Positions 1 through 16,500 of a stretch of 64,000 nt of DNA are shown here, piece by piece; the first letter of the stretch is position 1, and each line of letters begins with the position of its first letter. The DNA lies in contig JAUCBJ010003147.1 in the NCBI GenBank assembly GCA_032718475.1, positions 1 to 64,000 of the forward strand, read 5' to 3'. The stretch is from Nemertoderma westbladi. Taxonomy: Eukaryota; Animalia; Xenacoelomorpha. Made by a program: the position numbers and the translations under genes. The notes under the pieces were generated by a model. That model did not search any database. It was not told where the DNA came from and was given only the letters and a program-made list of their open reading frames with translations.

Positions 1-3000
1 TATGAGCTCCGACCATTTAATAACGTACTCAGTTTTACTCACGACCAGTCAATAACACACTTAGTATGAACCCCGACCATTTAATTACGTACTCAGTTTT
101 ACTCACGACCAGTCAATAACACACTTAGTATATGAGCTCCGACCATTTAATAACGTACTCAGTTTTACTCACGACCAGTCAATAACACACTTAGTATATG
201 AGCTCCGACCATTTAATAAAACGTACTCAGTTTTACTCACGACCAGTCAATAACACACTTAGTATATGAGCTCCGACCATTTAATAACGTACTCAGTTTT
301 ACTCACGACCAGTCAATAACACACTTAGTATGAGCTCCGACCATTTAATAACGTACTCAGTTGTACTTACGACCAGTCAATAACACACTTAGTATGAACC
401 CCGACCATTTAATAACGTACTCAGTTTTACTCACGACCAGTCAATAACACACTTAGTATATGAGCTCCGACCATTTAATAACGTACTCAGTTTTACTCAC
501 GACCAGTCAATAACACACTTAGTATATGAGCTCCGACCATTTAATAACGTACTCAGTTTTACTCACGACCAGTCAATAACACACTTAGTATATGAGCTCC
601 GACCATTTAATAACGTACTCAGTTTTACTCACGACCAGTCAATAACACACTCAGTATGAACCCCGACAATTAAATTACGTACTCAGTTTTACTCACGACC
701 AGTCAATAACACACTTTGTATGAACTCCGACCATTTAATTACGTACTCAGTTTTACTCACGACCAGTCAATAACACACTTAGTATGAACCCCGACCATTT
801 CATTACGTACTCAGTTTTACTCACCACCAGTCAATAACAGACTTAGTATATGAGCTCCGACCATTTAATAACGTACTCAGTTTTACTCACGACCAGTCAA
901 TAACACACTTAGTATGAACCCCGACCATTTTATTACGTACTGAGTTTTACTCACGACCAGTCAATAACACACTTAGTATGAACCCCGACCATTTAATAAC
1001 GTACTCAGTTTTACTCACGACCAGTCAATAACACACTTAGTATATGAGCTCCGACCATTTAATAACGTACTCAGTTTTACTCACGACCAGTCAATAACAC
1101 ACTTAGTATATGAGCTCCGACCATTTAATAACGTACTCAGTTTTACTCACGACCAGTCAATAACACACTTAGTATATGAGCTCCGACCATTTAATAACGT
1201 TCTCAGTTTTACTCACGACCAGTCAATAACACACTTAGTATATGACCTCCGACCATTTAATAACGTACTCAGTTTTACTCACGACCAGTCAATAACACAC
1301 TTAGTATATGAGCTCCGACCATTTAATAACGTACTCAGTTTTACTCACGACCAGTCTATAACACACTTAGTATATGACCTCCGACCATTTAATAACGTAC
1401 TCAGTTTTACTCACGACCAGTCAATAACACACTTTACTCACCACCAGTCAATAACAGACTTAGTATATGAGCTCCGACCATTTAATAACGTACTCAGTTT
1501 TACTCACGACCAGTCAATAACACACTTAGTATGAACCCCGACCATTTAATTACGTACTGAGTTTTACTCACGACCAGTCAATAACACACTTAGTATGAAC
1601 CCCGACCATTTAATAACGTACTCAGTTTTACTCACGACCAGTCAATAACACACTTAGTATATGAGCTCCGACCATTTAATAACGTACTCAGTTTTACTCA
1701 CGACCAGTCAATAACACACTTAGTATATGAGCTCCGACCATTTAATAACGTACTCAGTTTTACTCACGACCAGTCAATAACACACTTAGTATATGAGCTC
1801 CGACCATTTAATAACGTTCTCAGTTTTACTCACGACCAGTCAATAACACACTTAGTATATGACCTCCGACCATTTAATAACGTACTCAGTTTTACTCACG
1901 ACCAGTCAATAACACACTTAGTATATGAGCTCCGACCATTTAATAACGTACTCAGTTTTACTCACGACCAGTCTATAACACACTTAGTATATGACCTCCG
2001 ACCATTTAATAACGTACTCAGTTTTACTCACGACCAGTCAATAACACACTTAGTATATGAGCTCCGACCATTTAATAACGTACTCAGTTTTACTCACGAC
2101 CAGTCAATAACACACTTCGTATGAACCCCAACCATTTAATTACGTACTCAGTTTTACTCACGACCAGTCAATAACACACTTAGTATATGAGCTCCGACCA
2201 TTTAATAACGTACTCAGTTTTACTCACGACCAGTCAATAACACACTTAGTATATGAGCTCCGACCATTTAATAACGTACTCAGTTTTACTCACGACCAGT
2301 CAATAACACACTTAGTATATGAGTACCGACCATTTAATAACGTACTCAGTTTTACTCACGACCAGTCAATAACACACTTAGTATGAGCTCCGACCATTTA
2401 ATAACGTACTCAGTTTTACTCACGACCAGTCAATAACACACTTAGTATGAACCCCGACCATTTAATAACGTACTCAGTTTTACTCACGACCAGTCTATAA
2501 CACACTTAGTATATGAGCTCCGACCATTTAATAACGTACTCAGTTTTACTCACGACCAGTAAATAACACACTTAGTATATGAGCTCCGACCATTTAATAA
2601 CGTACTCAGTTTTACTCACGACCAGTCAATAACACACTTAGTATATGAGCTCCGACCATTTCATAACGTACTCAGTTTTACTCACGACCAGTCAATAACA
2701 CACTTAGTATGAACCTCGACAATTTAATTACGTACTCAGTTTTACTCACGACCAGTCAATAACACACTTTGTATGAACTCCGACCATTTAATTACGTACT
2801 CAGTTTTACTCACGACCAGTCAATAACACACTTAGTATGAACCCCGACCATTTAATAACGTACTCAGTTTTACTCACGACCAGTCAATAACACACTTAGT
2901 ATATGAGCTCCGACCATTTAATAACGTACTCAGTTTTACTCACGACCAGTCAATAACACACTTAGTATGAACCCCGACCATTTAATTACGTACTGAGTTT

Positions 3001-6000
3001 TACTCACGACCAGTCAATAACACACTTAGTATGAACCCCGACCATTTAATAACGTACTCAGTTTTACTCACGACCAGTCAATAACACACTTAGTATATGA
3101 GCTCCGACCATTTAATAACGTACTCAGTTTTACTCGCGACCAGTCAATAACACACTTAGTATATGAGCTCCGACCATTTAATAACGTACTCAGTTTTACT
3201 CACGACCAGTCAATAACACACTTAGTATATGAGCTCCGACCATTTAATAACGTACTCAGTTTTACTCACGACCAGTCAATAATACACTTAGTATGAACCC
3301 CGACCATTTAATTACGTACTCAGTTTTACTCACGACCAGTCAATAACACACTTAGTATATGAGCTCCGAACATTTAATAACGTACTCAGTTTTACTCACG
3401 ACCAGTCAATAACACACTTAGTATATGAGCTCCGACCATTTAATAACGTACTCAGTTTTACTCACGACCAGTCAATAACACACTTAGTATATGAGCTCCG
3501 ACCATTTAATAACGTACTCAGTTTTACTCACGACCAGTCAATAACACACTTAGTATATGAGCTCCGACCATTTCATAACGTACTCAGTTTTACTCACGAC
3601 CAGTCAATAACACACTTAGTATGAACCCCGACCATTTCATTACGTACTCAGTTTTACTCACGACCAGTCAATAACACACTTAGTATATGAGCTCCGACCA
3701 TTTAATAACGTACTCAGTTTTACTCACGACCAGTCAATAACACACTTAGTATGAACCCCGACCATTTAATTACGTTCTCAGTTTTACTAACTACCAGTCA
3801 ATAACACACTTAGTATATGAGCTCCGAACATTTAATAACGTACTCAGTTTTACTCACGACCAGTCAATAACACACTTTGTATGAACCCCGACCATTTAAT
3901 AACGTACTCAGTTTTACTCACGACCAGTCAATAACACACTTAGTATATGAGCTCCGACCATTTAATAACGTACTCAGTTTTACTCACGACTAGTCAATAA
4001 CACACTTAGTATGAACCCCGACCATTTAATTACGTACTGAGTTTTACTCACGACCAGTCAATAACACACTTAGTATGAACCCCGACCATTTAATAACGTA
4101 CTCAGTTTTACTCACGACCAGTCAATAACACACATAGTATATGAGCTCCGACCATTTAATAACGTACTCAGTTTTACTCACGACCAGTTAATAACACACT
4201 TAGTATATGAGCTCCGACCATTTAATAACGTACTTAGTTTTACTCACGACCAGTCAATAACACACTTAGTATGAACCCCGACCATTTAATTACGTACTCA
4301 GTTTTACTCACGACCAGTCAATAACACACTTAGTATATGAGCTCCGACCATTTAATAACGTACTCAGTTTTACTCACGACCAGTCAATAACACACTTAGT
4401 ATATGAGCTCCGACCATTTAATTACGTACTCAGTTTTACTCACGACCAGTCAATAACACACTTAGTATATGAGCTCCGACCATTTAATAACGTACTCAGT
4501 TTTACTCACGACCAGTCAATAACACACTTAGTATGAACCCCGACCATTTAATTACGTACTCAGTTTTACTCACGACCAGTCAATAACACACTTAGTATAT
4601 GAGCTCCGAACATTTAATAACGTACTCAGTTTTACTCACGACCAGTCAATAACACACTTTGTATGAACCCCGACCATTTAATAACGTACTCAGTTTTACT
4701 TACGACCAGTCAATAACACACTTAGTATATGAGCTCCGGCCATTTAATAACGTACTCAGTTTTACTCACGACCGGTCAATAACACACTTAGTATATGAGC
4801 TCCGACAATTTCATAACGTACTCAGTTTTACTCACGACCAGTCAATAACACACTTAGTATATGAGCTCCGACCATTTAATAACGTACTCAGTTTTACTCA
4901 CGACCTGTCAATAAATCACTTCGTATGAACCCCGACCATTTAATTACGTACTCAGTTTTAATCACGACCAGTCAATAACACACTTAGTATGAACCCCGAC
5001 CATTTAATTACGTACTCAGTTTTACTCACGACCAGTCAATAACACACTTAGTATGAACCCCGACCATTTAATTACGTACTCAGTTTTAATCACGACCAGT
5101 CAATAACACACTTAGTATGAACCCCGACCATTTAATTACGTACTCTGTTTTACTCACGATCAGTCAATAACACACTTAGTATATGAGCTCCGACCATTTA
5201 ATAACGTACTCAGTTTTACTCACGATCAGTCAATAACACACTTAGTATGAACCCGGACCATTTAATTACGTACTCAGTTTTACTCACATCCAGTCAATAA
5301 CACACTTAGTATGAACCCCGACCATTTCATTACGTAATCGGTTTTACTCACGACCAGTCAATAACACACTTAGTATGAACCCCGACCATTTAATAACGTA
5401 CTCAGTTTTACTCACGACCAGTCAATAACACACTTAGTATATGAGCTCTGACCTTTTAATAACGTACTCAGTTTTACTCACGACCAGTCAATAACACACT
5501 TAGTATATGAGCTCCGACCATTTAATAACGTACTTAGTTTTACTCACGACCAGTCAATAACACACTTAGTATATGAGCTCCGACCATTTAATAACGGACT
5601 CAGTTTTACTCACGACCAGTCAATAACACACTTAGTATGAACCCCGACAATTTAATTACGTACTCAGTTTTACTCACGACCAGTCAATAACACACTTAGT
5701 ATATGAGCTCCGACCATTTAATTACGTACTCAGTTTTACTCACGACCAGTCAATAACACACTTTGTATGAACCCCGACCATTTAATTACGTACTCAGTTT
5801 TACTCACGTCCAGTAAATAACACGCTTAGTATGAACCCCGACCATTTCATTACGTACTCAGTTTTACTCACGACCAGTCAATAACACACTTAGTATATGA
5901 GCTCCGACCATTTAATAACGTACTCAGTTTTACTCACGACCAGTCAATAACACACTTAGTATATGAGCTCCGACCATTTAATAACGTACTCAGTTTTACT

Positions 6001-6660
6001 CACGACCAGTCAATAACACACTTAGTATGAACCCCGACCATTTAATTACGTACTCAGTTTTACTCACGACCAGTCAATAACACACTTAGTATATGAGCTC
6101 CGACCATTTAATAACGTACTCAGTTTTACTCACGACCAGTCAATAACACACTTAGTATGAACCCCGACCATTTAATTACGTACTCAGTTTTACTCACGAC
6201 CAGTCAATAACACACTTAGTATGAACCCCGACCATTTAATAACGTACTTAGTTTTACTCACGACCAGTCAATAACACACTTAGTATATGAGCCCCGACCA
6301 TTTAATAACGTACTCAGTTTTACTCACGACCAGTCAATAACACACTTAGTATATGAGATCCGACCATTTAATAACGTACTCAGTTTTACTCACGACCAGT
6401 CAATAACACACTTAGTATATGAGCTCCGACCATTTAATAACGTACTCAGTTTTACTCACGACCAGTCAATAACACACTTAGTATGAACCCCGACCATTTA
6501 ATAACGTACTCAGTTTTACTCACGACCAGTCAATAACACACTTAGTATATAAGCTCCGACCATTTAATAACGTACTCAGTTTTACTCACGACCAGTCAAT
6601 AACACACTTAGTATATGAGCTCCGACAATTTCATAACGTACTCAGTTTTACTCACGACCA
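1..6660. repeat. 64/66-bp satellite array 1 (runs off the window start)
   Basis: Tandem unit TATGAGCTCCGACCATTTAATAACGTACTCAGTTTTACTCACGACCAGTCAATAACACACTTAGTA (66 bp) intermixed with a 64-bp TGAACCCC variant. Confidence 0.98.
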
Positions 6661-7045
6661 GCACCCCCACCCTCATCCCACCTCTTTACCATGTGCCCCA
6701 CCGCCCTCCGGCCCCCCACAACCCGCCTCCAACCCCACACCCATCCCCGCCCCACCCCCCACCCCAACACAATCCCCACGCCCCCACCTCCACCCCTAAC
6801 CCCACCCACAGGCCCCACCAGAACGCCTAACACTCATCCCCAGACCCCTACCGCACCCCCAACCCAAACCCTAACCTCCCACCTCACACCCCCACCCCCA
6901 CACCCATCCAGCACCCCAAACCTCATCCCACCTCTTTACCATGTGCCCTTCCTCCCTCCGGCCCCCCACAACCTGCCTCCAACCCCACACACCATCCCCA
7001 CCCCAACCCCCATCCCAACACAACCCCCACACCCCCACATCCACA
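6661..7045. repeat. C-rich low-complexity block, copy 1
   Basis: CCCCAC-rich sequence with an internal duplication (CCTCATCCCACCTCTTTACCATGTGCCC occurs twice); near-identical to 19079-19570. Confidence 0.9.
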
Positions 7046-7335
7046 CTTGTCTGGTTGGACGAGAGGAACAACTGTTGGTGAAACGAATTCATATACCCCG
7101 GGTTGTCCTCATTTAGTCGATATCCGACCCGTCGACCCCTCCTATAGATTTGGAATATTCGGTTCCCGTTTCTGATTGTGTCTACTATGATCGACTCACC
7201 CGCAGGTAACTTTACACTCTTACAGCCATTATTTTCATATGTTTCATTGAAAAGTGCTATAAATAGACAATCACAAAAACCTAACCAAAATTTACGAAAT
7301 TATATTTCATCCTGATTATTTCCGTCCTGATTGTC

Positions 7336-7541
7336 GTACATTGTCAGTGCATACATATATGTGTTACATTAAGCCGTCCTGGTAGAACATTGTCAGTATA
7401 CATACATATATGTGTTACATTAAGCCGTCCTGGTAGAACATTGTCAGTGCATACATATATGTGTTACATTAAGCCGTCCTGGTAGAACATTGTCAGTATA
7501 CATACATATATGTGTTACATTAAGCCGTCCTGGTAGAACAT
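7336..7541. repeat. 49/51-bp tandem repeat, short array (about 4 copies)
   Basis: Unit TTGTCAGTGCATACATATATGTGTTACATTAAGCCGTCCTGGTAGAACA; same family as 20109-20630. Confidence 0.95.
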
Positions 7542-10500
7542 CAGTCAATAACACACTTAGTATATGAGCTCCGACCATTTAATAACTTACTCAGTTTTAC
7601 TCACGACCGGTCAATAACACACTTAGTATGAACCCCGACCATTTAATTACGTACTCAGTTTTACTCACGACCAGTCAATAACACACTTAGTATATGAGCT
7701 CCGACCATTTAATAACGTACTCAGTTTTACTCACGACTAGTCAATAAGACACTTAGTATGAGCTCCGACCATTTAATAACGTACTCAGTTTTACTCACGA
7801 CCAGTCAATAACACACTTAGTATATGAGCTCCGACCATTTAATAACGTACTCAGTTTTACTCACGACCAGTCAATAACACACTTAGTATATGAGCTCCGA
7901 CCATTTAATAACGTACTCAGTTTTACTCACGACCAGTCAATAACACACTTAGTATGGGCTCCGACGATTTAATAACGTACTCAGTTTTACTCACGACCGC
8001 AGTCAATAACACACTTAGTATGAACCCCGACCATTTAATAACGTACTCAGTTTTACTCACGACCAGTCAATAACACACTTAGTATATGAGCTCCGACCAT
8101 TTAATAACGTACTCAGTTTTTCTCACGACCAGTCAATAACACACTTAGTATGAGCTCCGACGATTTAATAACGTACTCAGTTTTACTCACGACCAGTCAA
8201 TAACACACTTAGTATGAGCTCCGACCATTTAATAACGTACTCAGTTTTACTCACGACCGCAGTCAATAACACACTTAGTATGAGCTCCGACGATTTAATA
8301 ACGTACTCAGTTTTACTCACGACCGCAGTCAATAACACACTTAGTATGAACCCCGACCATTTAATAACGTACTCAGTTTTACTCACGACCAGTCAATAAC
8401 ACACTTAGTATATGAGCTCCGACCATTTAATAACGTACTCAGTTTTACTCACGACCAGTCAATAACACACTTAGTATGAGCTCCGACCATTTAATTACGT
8501 ACTCAGTTTTACTCACGACCAGTCAATAACACACTTAGTATATGAGCTCCGACCATTTAATAACGTACTCATTTTTTATCACGGCCAGTCAATAACACAC
8601 TTAGTATGAGCTCCGACCATTTAATAACGTTCTCAGTTTTACTCACGACCAGTCAATAACACACTTAGTATGAACCCCGACCATTTAATAACGTACTCAG
8701 TTTTACTCACCACCAGTCAATAACACACTTAGTATATGAGCTCCGACCATTTAATAACGTTCTCAGTTTTACTCACGACCAGTCAATAACACACTTAGTA
8801 TGAACCCCGACCATTTAATTACGTACTGAGTTTTACTCACGACCAGTCAATAACACACTTAGTATGAACCCCGACCATTTAATTACGTACTCAGTTTTAC
8901 TCACGACCAGTCAATAACACACTTAGTATATGAGCTCCGACCATTTAATAACGTACTCAGTTTTACTCACGACCAGTCAATAACACACTTAGTATGAACC
9001 CCGACCATTTAATTACGTACTCAGTTTTACTCACGACCAGTCAATAACACACTTAGTATATGAGCTCCGACCATATAATAACGTACTCAGTTTTACTCAC
9101 GACCAGTCAATAACACACTTAGTATGAGCTCCGACCATTTAATAACGTACTCAGTTTTACTCACGACCAGTCAATTACACACTTAGTATGAACCCCGACC
9201 ATTTAATAACGTACTCAGTTTTACTCACGACCAGTCAATAACACACTTAGTATATGAGCTCCGACCATTTAATAACGTACTCAGTTTTACTCACGACCAG
9301 TCAATAACACACTTAGTATATGAGCTCCGACCATTTAATAACGTACTCAGTTTTACTCACGACCAGTCAATAACACACTTAGTATATGAGCTCCGACCAT
9401 TTAATAACGTACTCAGTTTTACTCACGACCAGTCAATAACACACTTAGTATGAACCCCGACAATTTAATTACGTACTCAGTTTTACTCACGACCAGTCAA
9501 TAACATACTTTGTATGAACTCCGACCATTTAATTACGTACTCAGTTTTAATCACGACCAGTCAATAACACACTTAGTATGAACCCCGACCATTTCATTAC
9601 GTACTCAGTTTTACTCACCACCAGTCAATAACACACTTAGTATATGAGCTCCGACCATTTAATAACGTACTCAGTTTTACTCACGACCAGTCAATAACAC
9701 ACTTAGTATATGAGCTCCGACCATTTAATAACGTACTCAGTTTTACTCACGACCAGTCAATAACACACTTAGTATGAACCCCGACCATTTAATTACGTAC
9801 TGAGTTTTACTCACGACCAGTCAATAACACACTTAGTATGAACCCCGACCATTTAATAACGTACTCAGTTTCACTCACGACCAGTCAATAACACACTTAG
9901 TATATGAGCTCCGACCATTTAATAACGTACTCAGTTTTACTGACGACCAGTCAATAACACACTTAGTATATGAGCTCCGACCATTTAATAACGTACTCAG
10001 TTTTACTCACGACCAGTCAATAACACACTTAGTATATGAGCTCCGACCATTTAATAACGTACTTAGTTTTACTTACGACCAGTCAATAACACACTTAGTA
10101 TGAACCCCGACTATTTAATTACGTACTCAGTTTTACTCACGACCAGTCAATAACACACTTAGTATATGAGCTCCGAACATTTAATAACGTACTCAGTTTT
10201 ACTCACGACCAGTCAATAACACACTTAGTATATGAGCTCCGACCATTTAATAACGTACTCAGTTTTACTCACGACCAGTCAATAACACACTTAGTATATG
10301 AGCTCCGACCATTTAATTACGTACTCAGTTTTACTCACGACCAGTCAATAACACACTTAGTATATGAGCTCCGACCATTTAATAACGTACTCAGTTTTAC
10401 TCACGACCAGTCAATAACACACTTAGTATGAACCCCGACCATTTAATTACGTACTCAGTTTTACTCACGACCAGTCAATAACACACTTAGTATATGAGCT

Positions 10501-13500
10501 CCGAACATTTAATAACGTACTCAGTTTTACTTACGACCAGTCAATAACACACTTTGTATGAACCCCGACCATTTAATAACGTACTCAGTTTTACTCACGA
10601 CCAGTCAATAACACACTTAGTATATGAGCTCCGACCATTTAATAACGTACTCAGTTTTACTCACGACCAGTCAATAACACACTTAGTATGAACCCTGACC
10701 ATTTTATTACGTACTGAGTTTTACTCACGACCAGTCAATAACACACTTAGTATGAACCCCGACCATTTAATAACGTACTCAGTTTTACTCACGACCAGTC
10801 AATAACACACTTAGTATATGAGCTCCGACCATTTAATAAAGTACTCAGTTTTACTCACGACCAGTCAATAACACACTTAGTATATGAGCTCCTACCATTT
10901 AATAACGTACTCAGTTTTACTCACGACCAGTCAATAACACACTTAGTATGAACCCCGACCATTTAATAACGTACTCAGTTTTACTCACGACCAGTCAATA
11001 ACACACTTAGTATATGAGCTCCGACCATTTAATAACGTACTCGGTTTTACTCACGACCAGTCAATAACACACTTATTATATGAGCTCCGACCATTTAATA
11101 ACGTACTCAGTTTTACTCACGACCAGTCAATAACACACTTAGTATATGAGCTCCGACCGTTTAATAACGTACTCAGTTTTACTCACGACCAGTCAATAAC
11201 ACACTTAGTATATGAGCTCCGACCATTTAATAACGTACTCAGTTTTACTCACGACCAGTCAATAACACACTTAGTATATGAGCTCAGACAATTTCATAAC
11301 GTACTCAGTTTTACTCACGACCAGTCAATAACACACTTATTATATGAGCTCCGACAATTTAATAACGTACTCAGTTTTACTCACGACCTGTCAATAAATG
11401 ACTTAGTATGAACCCCGACCATTTAATTACGTACTCAGTTTTACTCACGACCAGTCAATAACACACTTAGTATGAACCCCGACCATTTAATTACGTACTC
11501 GGTTTTACTCACGACCAGTCAATAACACACTTAGTATATGAGCTCCGACCATTTAATAACGTACTCAGTTTTACTCACGACCAGTCAATAACACACTTAG
11601 TATGAACCCCGACCATTTAATTACGTACTCAGTTTTACTCACGACCAGTCAATAACACACTTAGTATGAATCCCGACCATTTCATTACGTACTCAGTTTT
11701 ACTCACGATCAGTCAATAACACACTTAGTATGAACCCCGACCATTTAATTACCTACTCAGTTTTACTCACGACCAGTCAATAACACACTTAGTATGAACC
11801 CCGACCATTTAATTACGTACTCAGTTTTACTCACATCCAGTCAATAACACACTTAGTATGAACCCCGACCATTTAATTACGTACTCAGTTTTACTCACAT
11901 CCAGTCAATAACACACTTAGTATGAACCCCGACCATTTCATTACGTAATCGGTTTTACTCACGACCAGTCAATAACACACTTAGTATGAACCCCGACCAT
12001 TTAATAACGTACTCAGTTTTACTCACGACCAGTCAATAACACACTTAGTATATGAGCTCTGACCTTTTAATAACGTACTCAGTTTTACTCACGACCAGTC
12101 AATAACACACTTAGTATATGAGCTCCGACCATTTAATTACGTACTTAGTTTTACTCGCGACCAGTCAATAACACACTTAGTATATGAGCTCCGACCATTT
12201 AATAACGGACTCAGTTTTACTCACGACCAGTCAATAACACACTTAGTATGAACCCCGACAATTTAATTACGTACTCAGTTTTACTCACGACCAGTCAATA
12301 ACACACTTTGTATGAACCCCGACCATTTAATTACGTACTCAGTTTTACTCACGTCCAGTAAATAACACACTTAGTATGAACCCCGATCATTTCATTACGT
12401 ACTCAGTTTTACTCACGACCAGTCAATAACACACTTAGTATATGAGCTCCGAACATTTAATAACGTACTCAGTTTTACTCACGACCAGTCAATAACACAC
12501 TTAGTATATGAGCCCCGACCATTTAATAACGTACTCAGTTTTACTCACGACCAGTCAATAACACACTTAGTATATGAGCTCCGACCATTTAATAACGTAC
12601 TCAGTTTTACTCACGACCAGTCAATAACACACTTAGTATATGAGCTCCGACCATTTAATAACGTACTCAGTTTTACTCACGACCAGTCAATAACACACTT
12701 AGTATGAACCCCGACAATTTAATTACGTACTCAGTTTTACTCACGACCAGTCAATAACACACTTTGTATGAACTCCGACCATTTAATTACGTACTCAGTT
12801 TTACTCACGACCAGTCAATAACACACTTAGTATGAACCCCGACCATTTCATTACGTACTTAGTTTTACTCACCACCAGTCAATAACACACTTAGTATATG
12901 AGCTCCGACCATTTAATAACGTACTCAGTTTTACTCACCACCAGTCAATAACACACTTAGTATATGAGCTCCGACCATTTAATAACGTACTCAGTTTTAC
13001 TCACGACCAGTCAATAACACACTTAGTATGAACCCCGACCATTTAATTACGTACTGAGTTTTACTCACGACCAGTCAATAACACACTTAGTATGAACCCC
13101 GACCATTTAATAACGTACTCAGTTTTACTCACGACCAGTCAATAACACACTTAGTATATGAGCTCCGACCATTTAATAACGTACTCAGTTTTACTCACGA
13201 CCAGTCAATAACACACTTAGTATGAACCCCGACCATTTAATTACGTACTCAGTTTTACTCACGACCAGTCAATAACACACTTAGTATGAACCCCGACCAT
13301 TTAATTACGTACTGAGTTTTACTCACGACCAGTCAATAACACACTTAGTATGAACCCCGACCATTTAATAACGTACTCAGTTTTACTCACGACCAGTCAA
13401 TAACACACTTAGTATATGAGCTCCGACCATTTAATAGCGTACTCAGTTTTACTCACGACCAGTCAATAACACACTTAGTATATGAGCTCCGACCATTTAA

Positions 13501-16500
13501 TAACGTACTTAGTTTTACTCACGACCAGTCAATAACACACTTAGTATATGAGCTCCGACCATTTAATAACGTACTCAGTTTTACTCACGACCAGTCAATA
13601 ACACACTTAGTATATGAGCTCCGGCCATTTAATAACGTACTCAGTTTTACTCACGACCAGTCAATAACACACTTAGTATGAACCCCGAACATTTAATTAC
13701 GTACTCAGGTTTACTCACGACCAGTCAATAACACACTTAGTATATGAGCTCCGAACATTTAATAACGTACTCAGTTTTACTCACGACCAGTCAATAACAC
13801 ACTTAGTATATGAGCTCCGACCATTTAATAACGTACTCAGTTTTACTCACGACCAGTCAATAACACACTTAGTATATGAGCTCCGACCATTTAATAACGT
13901 ACTCAGTTTTACTCACGACCAGTCAATAACACACTTAGTATATGAGCTCCGACCATTTAATAACGTACTCAGTTTTACTCACGACCAGTCAATAACACAC
14001 TTAGTATATGAGCTCCGACCATTTAATAACGTACTCAGTTTTACTCACCACCAGTCAATAACACACTTAGTATATGAGCTCAGACCATTTAATAACGTAC
14101 TCAGTTTTACTCACGACCAGTCAATAACACACTTAGTATATGAGCTCCGACCATTTAATAACGTACTCAGTTTTACTCACCACCAGTCAATAACACACTT
14201 AGTATATGAGCTCCGACCATTTAATAACGTACTCAGTTTTACTCACGACCAGTCAATAACACACTTAGTATATGAGCTCCGACCATTTAATAACGTACTC
14301 AGTTTTACTCACGACCAGTCAATAACACACTTAGTATATGAGCTCCGACCATTTAATAACGTACTCAGTTTTACTCACGACCAGTCAATAACACACTTAG
14401 TATATGAGCTCCGACCATTTAATAACGTACTCAGTTTTACTCACGACCAGTCAATAACACACTTAGTATATGAGTTCCGACCATTTAATAACGTACTCAG
14501 TTTTACTCACCACCAGTCAATAACACACTTAGTATATGAACTCCGACCATTTAATAACGTACTCAGTTTTACTCACGACCAGTCAATAACACACTTAGTA
14601 TATGAGCTCCGACCATTTAATAACGTACTCAGTTTTACTCACGACCAGTCAATAACACACTTAGTATATGAGCTCCGACCATTTAATAACGTACTCAGTT
14701 TTACTCACGACCAGTCAATAACACACTTAGTATATGAGCTCCGACCATTTAATAACGTACTCAGTTTTACTCACGACCAGTCAATAACACACTTAGTATA
14801 TGAGCTCCGACCATTTAATAACGTACTCAGTTTTACTCACGACCAGTCAATAACACACTTAGTATGAACCCCGATCATTTAATTACGTACTCAGTTTTAC
14901 TCACGACCAGTCAATAACACACTTAGTATATGAGCTCCGAACATTTAATAACGTACTCAGTTTTACTCACGACCAGTCAATAACACACTTTGTATGAACC
15001 CCGACCATTTAATAACGTACTCAGTTTTACTCACGACCAGTCAATAACACACTTAGTATATGAGCTCCGACCATTTAATAACGTACTCAGTTTTACTCAC
15101 GACCAGTCAATAACACACTTAGTATGAACCCCGACCATTTAATTACGTACTGAGTTTTACTCACGACCAGTCAATAACACACTTAGTATGAACCCCGACC
15201 ATTTAATAACGTACTCAGTTTTACTCACGACCTGTCAATAACACACTTAGTATATGAGCTCCGACCATTTAATAACGTACTCAGTTTTACTCACGACCAG
15301 TCAATAACACACTTACTATATGAGCTCCGACCATTTTATAACGTACTCAGTTTTACTCACGACCAGTCAATAACACACTTAGTATATGAGCTCCGACCAT
15401 TTAATAACGTACTCAGTTTTACTCACGACCAGTCAATAACACACTTAGTATGAACCCCGACCATTTAATTACGTACTCAGTTTTACTCACGACCAGTCAA
15501 TAACACACTTAGTATATGAGCTCCGAACATTTAATAACGTACTCAGTTTTACTCACGACCAGTCAATAACACACTTTGTATGAACCCCGACCATTTAATA
15601 ACGTACTCAGTTTTACTCACGACCAGTCAATAACACACTTAGTATATGAGCTCCGACCATTTAATAACGTACTCAGTTTTACTCACGACCAGTCAATAAC
15701 ACACTTAGTATGAACCCCGATCATTTAATTACGTACTCAGTTTTACTCACGACCAGTCAATAACACACTTAGTATATGAGCTCCGAACATTTAATAACGT
15801 ACTCAGTTTTACTCACGACCAGTCAATAACACACTTTGTATGAACCCCGACCATTTAATAACGTACTCAGTTTTACTCACGACCAGTCAATAACACACTT
15901 AGTATATGAGCTCCGACCATTTAATAACGTACTCAGTTTTACTCACGACCAGTCAATAACACACTTAGTATGAACCCCGACCATTTAATTACGTACTGAG
16001 TTTTACTCACGACCAGTCAATAACACACTTAGTATGAACCCCGACCATTTAATAACGTACTCAGTTTTACTCACGACCTGTCAATAACACACTTAGTATA
16101 TGAGCTCCGACCATTTAATAACGTACTCAGTTTTACTCACGACCAGTCAATAACACACTTACTATATGAGCTCCGACCATTTTATAACGTACTCAGTTTT
16201 ACTCACGACCAGTCAATAACACACTTAGTATATGAGCTCCGACCATTTAATAACGTACTCAGTTTTACTCACGACCAGTCAATAACACACTTAGTATGAA
16301 CCCCGACCATTTAATTACGTACTCAGTTTTACTCACGACCAGTCAATAACACACTTAGTATATGAGCTCCGAACATTTAATAACGTACTCAGTTTTACTC
16401 ACGACCAGTCAATAACACACTTTGTATGAACCCCGACCATTTAATAACGTACTCAGTTTTACTCACGACCAGTCAATAACACACTTAGTATATGAGCTCC

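Noticed and set aside
6790-6875. CCCTAA telomere-like words in the C-rich blocks
   Set aside because: Only isolated hexamers, not a tandem telomeric array.
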